Of a stretch of DNA of 64,000 nucleotides, positions 32,332 through 42,054 are shown in pieces. The stretch is from Dermatophilaceae bacterium. GTDB taxonomy: Bacteria > Actinomycetota > Actinomycetes > Actinomycetales > Dermatophilaceae. How positions within the stretch are numbered: the first letter of the stretch is position 1; each line of letters begins with the position of its first letter. The position numbers were made by a program, and so were the translations under genes. The stretch lies in assembly GCA_040006675.1 (NCBI GenBank), contig JBDTWM010000002.1:4177-68176 (forward strand), in the 5' to 3' direction. The notes under the pieces are model-generated. The model searched no databases and was not told the DNA's origin. It saw nothing but the letters and a program-made list of their open reading frames with translations.

Positions 32332-33987
32332 TCACGTGGCCGCCGAGGCCTCAGCGCTGCCTCCGGATGCGAGGTCGAGGTTTCCGTCGGCGAGCTGATG
32401 TCGCAGCAGCTTCTTGTCGTACTTGCCCACAGACGTGCGGGGCACGTTCTCAACGTATGCCCACAGCTCTGGCAGCCACCACTTGGCGACCTTGCCCTTG
32501 AGGAAGTCGCGCAGTTCCGCCGGGCTGACCTCACTGCCCTGCTGGAGTGCTACGCATGCGAGGGGGCGCTCGCCCCAGCGCTGGTCGGGAGCCGCGATGA
32601 CCGCGACCTCGCGCACTGCCGGGTGCTCCAACAGCGCCGACTCCAGGTCGAGGGAGGAGATCCACTCGCCGCCGGACTTCACCACATCCTTCGCGCGGTC
32701 GCTGATGCGGATGTATCCGCGCGCGTCGATGGTGCCGACGTCGCCCGTCCGCAGCCACCCGTCGTGGAACTTCTCCTCCGCGGGGTCCTTGTAATAACTC
32801 GTGGTGACCCACGGGCCCCGGACCTCGATCTCTCCCACGGACTCCCCGTCGCGGGGCAACACGTTGTCCGCACCGTCGACGATACGGATCTCCACCCCGG
32901 CGAGCACCTGACCGGCCGTGGCTTGGTAGTCCAACGCGTCGTCCGGTGATGAGCCCCGCGGCGGGAACGCCAAGGACGCGATCGGGTGGGTCTCCGTGAG
33001 TCCCCAGCCGGCCGCGAAGGTGGCCCCATACCGCTGGTGGTAGGCCTCGATGAGGCTTCGTGGCGACGCCGCGCCGCCGCACAGGATCATGCGGAGCGTG
33101 CTCAGGTCGACCGTCGGATCGTCCAGGCCCAGCACGTCCCACCAGACGGTGGGCACGGCGCCGGCCACGGTGATCTTCTCGTCCGTGATGGTGCGCGCGA
33201 TGCGTTGCGCCTGCGCGTACGAGGACGGCAGGTACAGATCGGCACCGACCATCCAGCACACGTACGGAAGACCCCACGCGTTCCCGTGGAACATCGGCAC
33301 GATGGGCAGCACCCGATCCTGATAATTCATCATCAGGGCCTCACCGGAGGCCATGCCGAGCGAGAAGATGAACGTGGAACGCTGGCTGTAGACGACGCCC
33401 TTCGGGGGGCCGGTGGTGCCGCTCGTGTAACACATGGCGGCGGCCTGGTTCTCGTCCACGTCGGGCCAGTCGAAGTTCCCGGACTCCCCAGCGATGAAGT
33501 CCTCGTACTCGACCCACGCGACGGGGATGACCGACCGGTCGCCGTCACCGAAGACGACGACCTTCTCCAGGGTCTTCGCCTGCTCGAGCGCTGGGGCGAT
33601 GTACGCCGCCAGGTGCGCGTCCAGCAGGAGGATCCTGTCCTCCGCGTGGTTGATGATGTAGGCGATCTGCTGGGGGTCGAGGCGGATGTTGATCGTGTGC
33701 AGGACCGCTCCGGAGCAGGGGACGGCCATGTAGGCCTCCTGATGCTCCTGGGTGTTCCACGCGAAGGTGCCGACCCGGTCGCCCTGGCGCACCCCCGCGC
33801 GATGCAGCGCGTTGGCGAGCTGGCCGACCCGCTGGGCGAGGGAGGCGAAGTCGATCCGCCGCATCCCGTCGGCCGTGAGCGTGACGATCTGACTGTCCGG
33901 GTACGTGTCCCGGCCGTGTTCGAAGATGTGCCGGATCGTCAGTGGGAAGTCCGGCATGGTGCTCAGCATGGTCAACGTGTCCGTCAA
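32332..33987 (-). CDS. Fatty acid--CoA ligase (AlkK/medium-to-long-chain type)
   Basis: YTSGTTGPPKGV, PMFHGNAWG, WGLTET, GWLRTGDV, KSGGEWIS, VGKYDKK. Confidence 0.9.
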   Translation of the reverse strand: MTDTLTMLSTMPDFPLTIRHIFEHGRDTYPDSQIVTLTADGMRRIDFASLAQRVGQLANALHRAGVRQGDRVGTFAWNTQEHQEAYMAVPCSGAVLHTINIRLDPQQIAYIINHAEDRILLLDAHLAAYIAPALEQAKTLEKVVVFGDGDRSVIPVAWVEYEDFIAGESGNFDWPDVDENQAAAMCYTSGTTGPPKGVVYSQRSTFIFSLGMASGEALMMNYQDRVLPIVPMFHGNAWGLPYVCWMVGADLYLPSSYAQAQRIARTITDEKITVAGAVPTVWWDVLGLDDPTVDLSTLRMILCGGAASPRSLIEAYHQRYGATFAAGWGLTETHPIASLAFPPRGSSPDDALDYQATAGQVLAGVEIRIVDGADNVLPRDGESVGEIEVRGPWVTTSYYKDPAEEKFHDGWLRTGDVGTIDARGYIRISDRAKDVVKSGGEWISSLDLESALLEHPAVREVAVIAAPDQRWGERPLACVALQQGSEVSPAELRDFLKGKVAKWWLPELWAYVENVPRTSVGKYDKKLLRHQLADGNLDLASGGSAEASAAT

Positions 33988-35495
33988 CTCCCTGATACGT
34001 GTGAGCCGGTGTCGGCCCAGAACGGGTCGCGCAGGTCGCGCTTGAGGATCTTTCCGGCCGCGGACTTCGGCAGCTGCTTGCTCCTGACCTCGAGGGTCTT
34101 GGGCATCTTGAAGCCGGCGATCCGCGAGCGGCAGTGTTCGATGAGCTCATCCGACGTCACCTCGGTGCTAGTGACGACCACCGCGTGCACTGCCTCGCCC
34201 CAGCGCAGGTGCGGGATGCCGAAGACGGCAACCTCCTGCACGGCGGGGTGCGACGCGAGTGCGTTCTCCACCTCGACCGAGTACACGTTCTCACCGCCGG
34301 TGACAATCATGTCCTTGGCGCGGTCGACCAGATAGAGGTGCGAGCGCTCATCGAGGTAGCCGAGGTCACCGGTCTTGTACCAGCCGTTGATGATGGCACT
34401 CGACGAGTCATCCGCCTTTCCCCAGTATCCCTGCATCACGCTCGCGCCGCGGACGTAGAGCTCGCCGATGTCGTTCGGTGCCCGCTCCTCGCCCGTCGCC
34501 GGATCCACGATGCGCAGTTCCATCCCGATCGCCGGCTGCCCGCACGACTTGATCTGCGGGGTGTCGAAGAGCTGTTCTTCGCGGGCGAGCACCGCGGTGA
34601 TGGGCGTGGTCTCCGTGGTGCCGTAGAGGTGCACCAGTTCCGCGTTGGGGAACTGCTCGTGCGCGAGGCGCAGCGTCTCCACGGAGATGGGCGACGCCCC
34701 GTGGCTCAGGTATCGCAGGGATGAGACGTCACGGGGGTTGGCCGCCTGGGCGCGCGCGGCGGCTGCGAGCATCGTCGGTACGAGGAGGGTGTGTGTCACC
34801 TTCTCCTTCTCGATCAGGTCGAGCGCCTTCTCCGGATCGAAGCTCGGCAGGATGACGTGCGTTCCCGCGCCCCACACGGTGGACATGACCGCGAGGATTC
34901 CACCGGTGTGGAACATGGGCGACGCGACGATCCAGATGGTGTCGGGGTTGAACGGCCAGACCGCCATAAAGTGCAGACCGCTCGAGAGCAGTCCGCGGTG
35001 GGTGTGCATGGCCCCCTTGGCGAGCCCCGTGGTGCCGGACGTGTAGAACAGGACGGCGAGGTCGTCCTCGTGGACATCCTCTCCCAGCGTGACCTCCTCG
35101 GCCCCTTCCACCAGGGCGTCGTACTCATCGGGGACGCGAATGATCCGCTCGACGCAGTCGGGAACGGGGAAGTCGCCCTCCATGAAGACCACCTTCGCCC
35201 CGGCGTCCTCGAGGACGTCAGCGATCTCCGGGCCCGCGAGGCGGGAGTTGACCGGGACGAGGATGTAGCCGCACGCCGGCACAGTGAAGTAGAGCTCAAA
35301 GTACCGGTCAGAGTTCGGGCCGACGACGCCGACGCGGTCTCCCTTGTTCAGGCCCAGGCTTCGCAGGGCACCGCCCAGCTTGCGGCAGCGGACCGCCAAT
35401 TCCGCATACGTGAGCTCGCGGCCCTCACACACCACGGCGCGGGCGTTCGGGTTGGTCCGGACGGCCCGGTCGAGGGGAGTGGCAAAGGTGTACAT
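33984..35495 (-). CDS. Acyl-CoA synthetase (AMP-binding, FadD-like)
   Basis: YTSGTTGLAKG, YGTTET, WYKTGDLG, GGENVYS, AAGKILK. ATG at 35495. Confidence 0.9.
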   Translation of the reverse strand: MYTFATPLDRAVRTNPNARAVVCEGRELTYAELAVRCRKLGGALRSLGLNKGDRVGVVGPNSDRYFELYFTVPACGYILVPVNSRLAGPEIADVLEDAGAKVVFMEGDFPVPDCVERIIRVPDEYDALVEGAEEVTLGEDVHEDDLAVLFYTSGTTGLAKGAMHTHRGLLSSGLHFMAVWPFNPDTIWIVASPMFHTGGILAVMSTVWGAGTHVILPSFDPEKALDLIEKEKVTHTLLVPTMLAAAARAQAANPRDVSSLRYLSHGASPISVETLRLAHEQFPNAELVHLYGTTETTPITAVLAREEQLFDTPQIKSCGQPAIGMELRIVDPATGEERAPNDIGELYVRGASVMQGYWGKADDSSSAIINGWYKTGDLGYLDERSHLYLVDRAKDMIVTGGENVYSVEVENALASHPAVQEVAVFGIPHLRWGEAVHAVVVTSTEVTSDELIEHCRSRIAGFKMPKTLEVRSKQLPKSAAGKILKRDLRDPFWADTGSHVSGS

Positions 35496-35695
35496 GCTGG
35501 CTCGCAATCCCGTGCACCGGCACGGCTCTGGTCCGACACTGACGTGTTGCTGAGGATCCATTGGACTCGCGGGTCGCGTCTACGTTGAGAAGCGGTCGGC
35601 ATCTCGACATCGTTTCGTGTCTCGCCGATCATCGGTCGGGCGCGAACACGGCGTTGCTCCGATGGCCGGGGCCTACGGACCACCACCAGTCTATA

Positions 35696-35711
35696 TGTGA
35701 CGCGTCCCACG
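35696..35711. promoter_or_regulatory. Candidate CRP/GlxR site
   Basis: TGTGA-CGCGTC-CCACG (GTG-N8-CAC core) in the ligase/phaZ divergent intergenic region. Confidence 0.4.
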
Positions 35712-35724
35712 ATTGGGCACCAAA

Positions 35725-35746
35725 ACTAACCGACCGTCCGGTGGGA
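35725..35746. promoter_or_regulatory. PaaR-type operator
   Basis: ACTA-ACCG-AC-CG-TC-CGGT with a perfect core. Confidence 0.7.
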
Positions 35747-35930
35747 GTCAATTACCGATCCCGGCTCGCGGAAGCATGAGAGCGCACACTCCCCGACGCT
35801 CGTGACGTCAGGGGTCTCGGGCGCCCCGCGTGAGGGGCCTCCCCTTGCTGACCTGGCTGTGTAGGCGCAAGATGTAACCCATTCAACACGATCACGTCCT
35901 AGATCGGGGCTCGTTCGTGACGCAAGATAG

Positions 35931-35946
35931 AACCGAACGTTCGGTT
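35931..35946. promoter_or_regulatory. PaaR-type operator (perfect 16-bp palindrome)
   Basis: AACCGAACGTTCGGTT, 90 bp upstream of the phaZ ATG. Confidence 0.75.
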
Positions 35947-36036
35947 GTAAAGTCCGACAGGAGCGAGCGGGCCACCGCGACGGCGCACGACGGAGCTAGG
36001 CCCGTCGGCGTGGTCCGGACACCGCGAGGAGCTAAA

Positions 36037-36870
36037 ATGCCCGACATCTCGATCTCTGACCTGCTGGCCGGGATTTCCCAGGCCGAAATCACCACCACGA
36101 CGATCCACCTGCGTGGAATCAACATCCACGTGCAGATGTGCGGGGGGACGGGTCCCGTCTTGCTCATGTACAACGGAGCCTTCGCCGAAGTGGACCTGTG
36201 GAAGGCCCTCCTTCCGTACCTGAAGGGCTTCCGGATCATCATGTTTGACCCGCCGGGCGTCGGACAGACCGAGATCCCGCTCCTGCCGATGAACATGTTC
36301 GCGCTGGCCGAGCTCGGCACGTTGATCCTGGACTTCCTCGAGATCGAGAAGGCGCACGTGCTGGGGGTCTCGTTCGGCGGCGCCACGGCGCAGCAGATGG
36401 CGCTCATGCACCCGCGCCGCGTGGACAAGCTCGTCTTGGTGTCCACGTCCTTCGGTGGGTTCGCCATGCCCGGCAAGCTGAAGTCGTTCTACTACTTCTG
36501 TCAGCCTTCCAGCCACAAGCCGGGCAAGGTGGAAAAGGTCGCCGGTGAGTTGTACGGCGGTCGGCTGCGCGAGGAGCCGGAGATCATCAACTCCCTGCAC
36601 ATGACGCGTGCGCCCAGCATGCGAGCGGCGATGCTCCGGATGTCCGCGCTGATGGGCTGGACATCGTTGCCGTGGCTGTGGGCCATCCGGCAACCCACGC
36701 TCATCGTGGCAGGCGACGATGACCCGGTGACCCGCCTGTTCAACCACAAGGTGATGGCTCGGATGATCCCGAAGGCGCGCCTGCACGTCGTCCCCGATGG
36801 CGGACATATGGTGCTGCTTGACAGCCCAGAGCGGGTCGGGCCGGTCATTTCCAAGTTCCTGCGCGAGTAG
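36037..36870 (+). CDS. phaZ: Intracellular PHA depolymerase (Pseudomonas PhaZ-like alpha/beta hydrolase)
   Basis: LLMYNG, FDPPGVG, lipase box GVSFGG, GDDDPV, GGHMVL. GAGGAG precedes ATG 36037; near phaC. Confidence 0.75.
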   Translation: MPDISISDLLAGISQAEITTTTIHLRGINIHVQMCGGTGPVLLMYNGAFAEVDLWKALLPYLKGFRIIMFDPPGVGQTEIPLLPMNMFALAELGTLILDFLEIEKAHVLGVSFGGATAQQMALMHPRRVDKLVLVSTSFGGFAMPGKLKSFYYFCQPSSHKPGKVEKVAGELYGGRLREEPEIINSLHMTRAPSMRAAMLRMSALMGWTSLPWLWAIRQPTLIVAGDDDPVTRLFNHKVMARMIPKARLHVVPDGGHMVLLDSPERVGPVISKFLRE

Positions 36871-36951
36871 GGGCGCCGGCGCGCGGATCACATCACCCGG
36901 GGGGCCCGTCCGTGTTCCGCAAGGACCCCTCGGCTCCCGTGAGGCGACCCC

Positions 36952-38244
36952 TCAGGAGGCCATGGCCGGTGAGGGCGGCCGCAGGGCCAGCGACAAGGCG
37001 CAGGCGCAGGCCGCGAGCGCCGACACCATCAGGAACGACGTCGAGAATCCCCCGGACTTCTCCGCAAGCACCCCCGCCACGAGGGGGCCGATCGCCTGGC
37101 CCAGACCGAAGATCACGGTGAGCATGCCGAAGGTTGTCGCGGCCTGGCCGGGACCCATGTAGTCGCCGACCGCCGCCGCGATGATTCCGGGGATGCTCCA
37201 GGCGGCGAAACCAAAAAGGGCCACCGAGGCGTAGACGGCTTCGATGGGTAGGTGCAGACCAACGAGCAGGTACGACACCGTGTGCAGCGCAAACACCGCC
37301 GCCATGCCGACGCGTCGGCCCGCGCGGTCTGAGAGCGCACCGAACACGGGTCCCGAAAACATGCTCAGGGCGCCGACGGCGAACCAGAAGTAGCCGGCGT
37401 TTCGCTCGCTGACACCTCGCTCCTGGACCAGGGACGTCACGATGAACGTGACGTACACCACGTAGGTGAAGCCGAACAGGAAGTAGATCGCGCCGAAGTG
37501 CGCGACGGTGCGCGCGTTGCCCGTCGGCGCAGACTCGCTGCTCTGCCGCCCGTGGGCAGTCATGTCGACACGGTGTGTGTGCACGCGTATCCCGAGATCG
37601 GCGGGGGCGTTGCGGATCAGCACACCGACCACCAGCGCGACGACGAGAACGACGACGGCCAAGCAGACCCAGCCAATCCGCCAGCCTGCAGGTCCCCAGC
37701 GATCGGTGATCGCGGGGATGAGCAGCCCGCTCATCATGATGGCCGGTCCACTGCCGATCACCATGATTCCCGCCGCGCGTCCCCGCCAGCGCCGTGAGAA
37801 CCAATGCGGCACGAGGCTCATCACCCCCACGTTGGCGGCCCCGCTCCCGAGGCCGGTGACGAGATACGCCGGCCAGATGAGCGTCACCGCGCCTGCCGAC
37901 GCGACGACAAAGAGGCTGAGCGCGATGATGATCAGCGAGGAAAAGACCACGGCGCGTGCCCCGAAGCGCCGCACCAGCCTTCCGCAGACCAGCGCCGCCA
38001 CCAAGTACCCGACGAAGTTTCCGGTGCTGATGAAGCCCATGTCGGTGTAGGACAGGTCCATGTCGGCCCGCATGGACGGCAGCAGCATGCCCAGCGAGAA
38101 CCGTGCGATCCCCAGGCAGGCGAAGACCGTCGCCATTCCCAGCCCAGCGATGACCCAGCCGTAGTGCACGCGGCTCCCGGCGAGACGAGCCGCCCACGAG
38201 CCGTCGCCGCGGCCCAGCTGCCGGGCGTTACGGGTGTCCTTCAT
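36952..38244 (-). CDS. MFS transporter (YbfB/YjiJ-like)
   Basis: About 12 hydrophobic segments, GIARFSLGMLLP, GALSDRAGRR. Confidence 0.85.
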   Translation of the reverse strand: MKDTRNARQLGRGDGSWAARLAGSRVHYGWVIAGLGMATVFACLGIARFSLGMLLPSMRADMDLSYTDMGFISTGNFVGYLVAALVCGRLVRRFGARAVVFSSLIIIALSLFVVASAGAVTLIWPAYLVTGLGSGAANVGVMSLVPHWFSRRWRGRAAGIMVIGSGPAIMMSGLLIPAITDRWGPAGWRIGWVCLAVVVLVVALVVGVLIRNAPADLGIRVHTHRVDMTAHGRQSSESAPTGNARTVAHFGAIYFLFGFTYVVYVTFIVTSLVQERGVSERNAGYFWFAVGALSMFSGPVFGALSDRAGRRVGMAAVFALHTVSYLLVGLHLPIEAVYASVALFGFAAWSIPGIIAAAVGDYMGPGQAATTFGMLTVIFGLGQAIGPLVAGVLAEKSGGFSTSFLMVSALAACACALSLALRPPSPAMAS

Positions 38245-38264
38245 GGAGCCTCCTCACACGTGAC

Positions 38265-38295
38265 GGGCCGCCCGACGGTGTGCGTCGGGCGGCCC
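38265..38295. terminator. 13-bp hairpin between actP and the MFS gene
   Basis: GGGCCGCCCGACG-GTGTG-CGTCGGGCGGCCC, 24 nt after the actP stop. Confidence 0.6.
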
Positions 38296-38318
38296 GCCCT
38301 GCGTCGTCGACCGTCCGT

Positions 38319-39887
38319 CTACACGGACGATATCCGCGCGCTGTCGGTGGTGGTCCGCAAAGCGTCCGGGTCGATCCCCGTCACGGCCTGGATGCGGATC
38401 CGATCGAAGGTGCGATTCGCCGCCGTAAGTTCTTCCCCGCGTGGTTGGGTCGCCAGCGAGACGAGCCACATCACGAGGAACCCGATAGGCACCGAGACGA
38501 TGCCGGGGCTGCTGAACGGCAAGAGGGCGCTCTCGGCCGAGCCGTGGAACGTCGGGCTCAACAAGATGATCGTGACAGCGGTGACCAAGCCCGCCACCAT
38601 GCCGACCGCGATGCCCTGGGCCGTCGCCTTGCGCCAGTAGATGGTGAACAGCAGCGCCGGCAGGTTGGCGCTCGCCGCCACCGCGATGGCGAGCGTGGCC
38701 AGGAACGCCACGTTCTGTTTCTGTGCGGCCAGCGCGATCAGCATCGAGATGAGGACGCTCGCGAACGTCGCGATCCGCGTCACCCGAAGCTGCGCGTGGT
38801 GGTTGACGTGATCACGCTTGATGAGCTTGGCGTAGATGTCGTGAGCCACGGACCCGGTGGTGGCGATCACCAGACCGGACAGCGCCGCGAGGATCGTCGC
38901 GAACGCCACCGCAGACACGAACGCGAGGAGGAGGTCACCGCCGAGCACGTCCGCCAACTGCGGCATCGCGAGGTTGCCGCCGGGACTTGCCTTCTTGATC
39001 TCCGCCTGGGTCACGAGCAGCATCGCGCCGTAGCTCACCACGGGGAGCGTGATCAGGAAGCACGCAAAGATCCAAATAGCGGTCACAGCGGAGGTGCGTG
39101 CCGCGGCGCCGTCCTTCACGGTCAGGAAGCGGATCATGACGTGGGGTAGGCCCAGCACGCCGAGCGTGACACCGAAGATCAACGAGAACTGCTCGACCTG
39201 CTTTCCGGCGCCAGCTCGGGTCGGGATCAGCGCCTTGTTGCCGTTCCCAGCGCCGGCCTCCCGGAACACCTCGAGCGGGTTCCAGCCGAACTTCGCGAGC
39301 ACCAGAGCCAAGAGCAGCGCCCCGCAAAACAGCAGCAGGGCTGTCTTGACGATCTGGATGTACGTGGTGGCGATCATCCCGCCGAAGAGCGTGTAGATCA
39401 TGGTCAACACGCCGATGGCCAGGGCGGCCACCAGGTACGGGATACCGAAGAGCAACTGCACGAGCAGCGCCGCACCCACGAACTGAGCGACGATGTAGAG
39501 CAGCGAGACCACGATCGAGGCGGTGGCGATGACGGCCCGGACCCCGCTCCCGGGGAACCGGGTGGCCAGCACGTCGCCCAGGGTGAAGTGGCCCAGGTTC
39601 CGCAGCGGCTCGGCCACGAGCAGCATGCACAGCAAGTACGCGATGGGGATATAGACAGCCAGGTAGAAGCCGTTGAACCCGCCGAGAGCGATCGCGCCGG
39701 TCGTGCCGAGGAAGGTCGCGGCCGAGATGAAGTCGCCCGCGATGGCGACGCCGTTGGCGCGGCCCGAGATCGCCCCCCTGGCGACCAGGTGGGATTCGAC
39801 GGTCTTGTTGCGCTTGCCCGCCCAGTACGTAATACCCAGCGTGACCGCGACCAGCGCGAGGAAGAGAACGGCAGCCTGAACGCTCAT
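38319..39887 (-). CDS. actP: Cation/acetate (monocarboxylate) symporter, SSS family
   Basis: NGVAIAGDFISAATFLG, AEPLRNLG, GLPHVMIRF, AVAFATILA, ASANLPAL; downstream of DUF485. Confidence 0.85.
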   Translation of the reverse strand: MSVQAAVLFLALVAVTLGITYWAGKRNKTVESHLVARGAISGRANGVAIAGDFISAATFLGTTGAIALGGFNGFYLAVYIPIAYLLCMLLVAEPLRNLGHFTLGDVLATRFPGSGVRAVIATASIVVSLLYIVAQFVGAALLVQLLFGIPYLVAALAIGVLTMIYTLFGGMIATTYIQIVKTALLLFCGALLLALVLAKFGWNPLEVFREAGAGNGNKALIPTRAGAGKQVEQFSLIFGVTLGVLGLPHVMIRFLTVKDGAAARTSAVTAIWIFACFLITLPVVSYGAMLLVTQAEIKKASPGGNLAMPQLADVLGGDLLLAFVSAVAFATILAALSGLVIATTGSVAHDIYAKLIKRDHVNHHAQLRVTRIATFASVLISMLIALAAQKQNVAFLATLAIAVAASANLPALLFTIYWRKATAQGIAVGMVAGLVTAVTIILLSPTFHGSAESALLPFSSPGIVSVPIGFLVMWLVSLATQPRGEELTAANRTFDRIRIQAVTGIDPDALRTTTDSARISSV

Positions 39888-40198
39888 CGGTCGCTCCCCC
39901 CTGTCGCTGTGCTGCGCAGCGGACGCAGTTCCTCCTCGACCTTCTGCATCCGGGTCCGGTAGCTGGTCGTCAGGATGACGACGAAGAAGAACTGCGCGAA
40001 GGCATACACGTAGGCCCAGCTCATGCCGTCGAAGGCCATACCGTCAAGAACTGGGGTGAAGTTCGTGAGCACCTGCTGGAGGAAGAAGAAGACCAGGGTG
40101 AGCACCACCAGCGGGACGACGATCTTGCGACGCGCGGCGACCATCTCCGCGTAATAGCGGTCGTTCGCCGCTCCGGTTTCCTCAAGGTTCGGGGGCAT
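39884..40198 (-). CDS. DUF485 (YjcH-like) small membrane protein
   Basis: Two TM helices with YAFAQF; overlaps the actP start. ATG at 40198. Confidence 0.85.
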   Translation of the reverse strand: MPPNLEETGAANDRYYAEMVAARRKIVVPLVVLTLVFFFLQQVLTNFTPVLDGMAFDGMSWAYVYAFAQFFFVVILTTSYRTRMQKVEEELRPLRSTATGGSDR

Positions 40199-40473
40199 GC
40201 AGTTGGTTCCTTTCCGCAGGGCGGCCCTCCGCGTGATGGTGGGGCGCTGGCGTCGTTGACGGGGTGAGACGAAAAAGACGTCGGACGTCGAGGAGTGGCC
40301 AAGACACGTCCGGCGGTACCGAGTCCGGCCTATGCACGGCCGCCACAAGGAACGCCTCAGTGCCTATCGTCAGTGAGACGTGAGTGTCCCGGCGCCGCTC
40401 GTGACGACGGGTTTTTCGCGCCTCGCCTTCCCGCCGATCGTGGAGGGTCTCCTGGACACCTCGCATCATGCCA

Positions 40474-40489
40474 TGTGGCATAGGTCACG
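40474..40489. promoter_or_regulatory. Candidate CRP/GlxR site upstream of DUF485-actP
   Basis: TGTGG-CATAGG-TCACG. Confidence 0.4.
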
Positions 40490-40513
40490 CCGGGAAGGAC
40501 GAAGCTCAGTATT

Positions 40514-40554
40514 ACCGACCGAACGTTCTGATGTCCAGACACCGACCGATCAAT
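40514..40554. promoter_or_regulatory. PaaR-type operator(s) upstream of DUF485-actP
   Basis: ACCG-AC-CG-AA-CGTT (one mismatch, 40514-40527) and a degenerate ACCG-AC-CG-AT-CAAT (40541-40554). Confidence 0.55.
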
Positions 40555-40606
40555 CTCCGTCGGGCGCGCAGCGGCCATGTCGCAAGGATCTCGCCGCACG
40601 CTCCGG

Positions 40607-41995
40607 TCAGCCTGTGGAGGCCATTGCCTCGCAAAGTAACTCGAGTTCGTCCCCCAGGTACGCGCCCAAGCGCGGCAGATTCGGGACAAGCGACGGATCC
40701 GCGATCAAACCCCAACACAGCCGTCCCGCGATGCTGAAGACGGAGATGTTGAGCCCCTGGCCGTGCACCAACACCGAGACCGGGTAGTTCCCGATCACCT
40801 CGGCACCCGCCAAGTACCTCGTCCTGTCGGGCCCCCGCACATTCGACACCATCACGTTCCACGCGTTGACGTGCTTCATCACCCTCGCTGACAGCCGCCA
40901 TGCGGCGTCGGCGACGATCGGCGGAGCGAACTGCGCGGCATCGATCAGCAGCTGCGGCGGGCGCGCGCCGTGCCGCCGCCGCGAGGCCCTCATCTCCTCC
41001 CGCGTCGCGGCGAGACGCTCGAGTGGGTCCTCGAGGTGAGTCGGTAGCAGCCCTCGTACGAGCGACAGCCGGTTGCCGAACGCGTGCCCATCTCGCCGGT
41101 CGCGAACGGACACCGGGACGACGGCGATGAGCGGCACGACCGGCAGCGCCCCCGCGTCGATCAGCCAGCGTCGCAGGGCGCCGGCGACGACGGCCATCAC
41201 GACGTCGTTCACCGTCGCGTCCGCGCGGCGCCGAAGTTCCAGGACGTCCGCCATGGGTAGGTCGACCAGGACGCAGCTGCGCGCCCCGGTGATCTCGCGG
41301 TTGAACGGCGTGGGAGGAGCCGTCAGCGGCAGGGGCCACTGCTCCGGGGCGAGGCGATTGGCCGCGACCAAAGGCGCGCGGAACATGAAGTCGAGTCCCA
41401 GCTTTACGCTGCGCACGGACGAGCGGGTCATCGACCACCCGCCGCGCCTCATCAGATCCCACTGGGTCGGGCCGGAGCGCGCCTCCCACGCGCCGGCCGG
41501 GAGCGCAGGGTTCCCCGGTTCGTCGTCCAACAAGGCGTCCATCAACGCCGACCACCCTGCGCCGTCCATGACCGCGTGGTGGATCTTGAGGTAGATCGCA
41601 GACCTTCCCTCGGACAGTCCGCTGATCAGATACAGCTCCCACAGGGGACGTCTCCGGTCGAGGCGCCGGGCGTGCAGCCCTGCGACGGCGTTCGCGAGCT
41701 GCCACAGGTCCGAACTCGTCGGGAGTGCCACCTCGCGCACGTGGAAGTCAAGGTCGAAACCCGTGTCGTCGACCCAGTACGGCTGGTCGACCCCAAAGGC
41801 CACCGTCAACAGACGCTGACGAAGCACAGGCACAGAGGTCAGGCAAGAGGCCACGCGCTCACGCACCGCGCGCACGTCCAAGGGCGCGCCGGTGAGGGTC
41901 CGCACGACGGTGACGGTCCCGAAGTGGCCTTGGACCGCGCCCGACTCCATCGCCAGAAACTCCGCGTCCATCCCGCTGAGCTGACGCACGACCAT
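40607..41995 (-). CDS. Wax ester synthase/diacylglycerol acyltransferase (WS/DGAT)
   Basis: LSGMDAEFL, PYWVDD, LDRRRPLWELY, catalytic HHAVMDG, TVNDVVMA, VSNVRGP. ATG at 41995. Confidence 0.92.
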   Translation of the reverse strand: MVVRQLSGMDAEFLAMESGAVQGHFGTVTVVRTLTGAPLDVRAVRERVASCLTSVPVLRQRLLTVAFGVDQPYWVDDTGFDLDFHVREVALPTSSDLWQLANAVAGLHARRLDRRRPLWELYLISGLSEGRSAIYLKIHHAVMDGAGWSALMDALLDDEPGNPALPAGAWEARSGPTQWDLMRRGGWSMTRSSVRSVKLGLDFMFRAPLVAANRLAPEQWPLPLTAPPTPFNREITGARSCVLVDLPMADVLELRRRADATVNDVVMAVVAGALRRWLIDAGALPVVPLIAVVPVSVRDRRDGHAFGNRLSLVRGLLPTHLEDPLERLAATREEMRASRRRHGARPPQLLIDAAQFAPPIVADAAWRLSARVMKHVNAWNVMVSNVRGPDRTRYLAGAEVIGNYPVSVLVHGQGLNISVFSIAGRLCWGLIADPSLVPNLPRLGAYLGDELELLCEAMASTG

Positions 41996-42054
41996 CTCAC
42001 CTCCCGATCGGCGCCCCGAACGCCCACACCGGCGACTCCATCGGCGCGTCGGGC

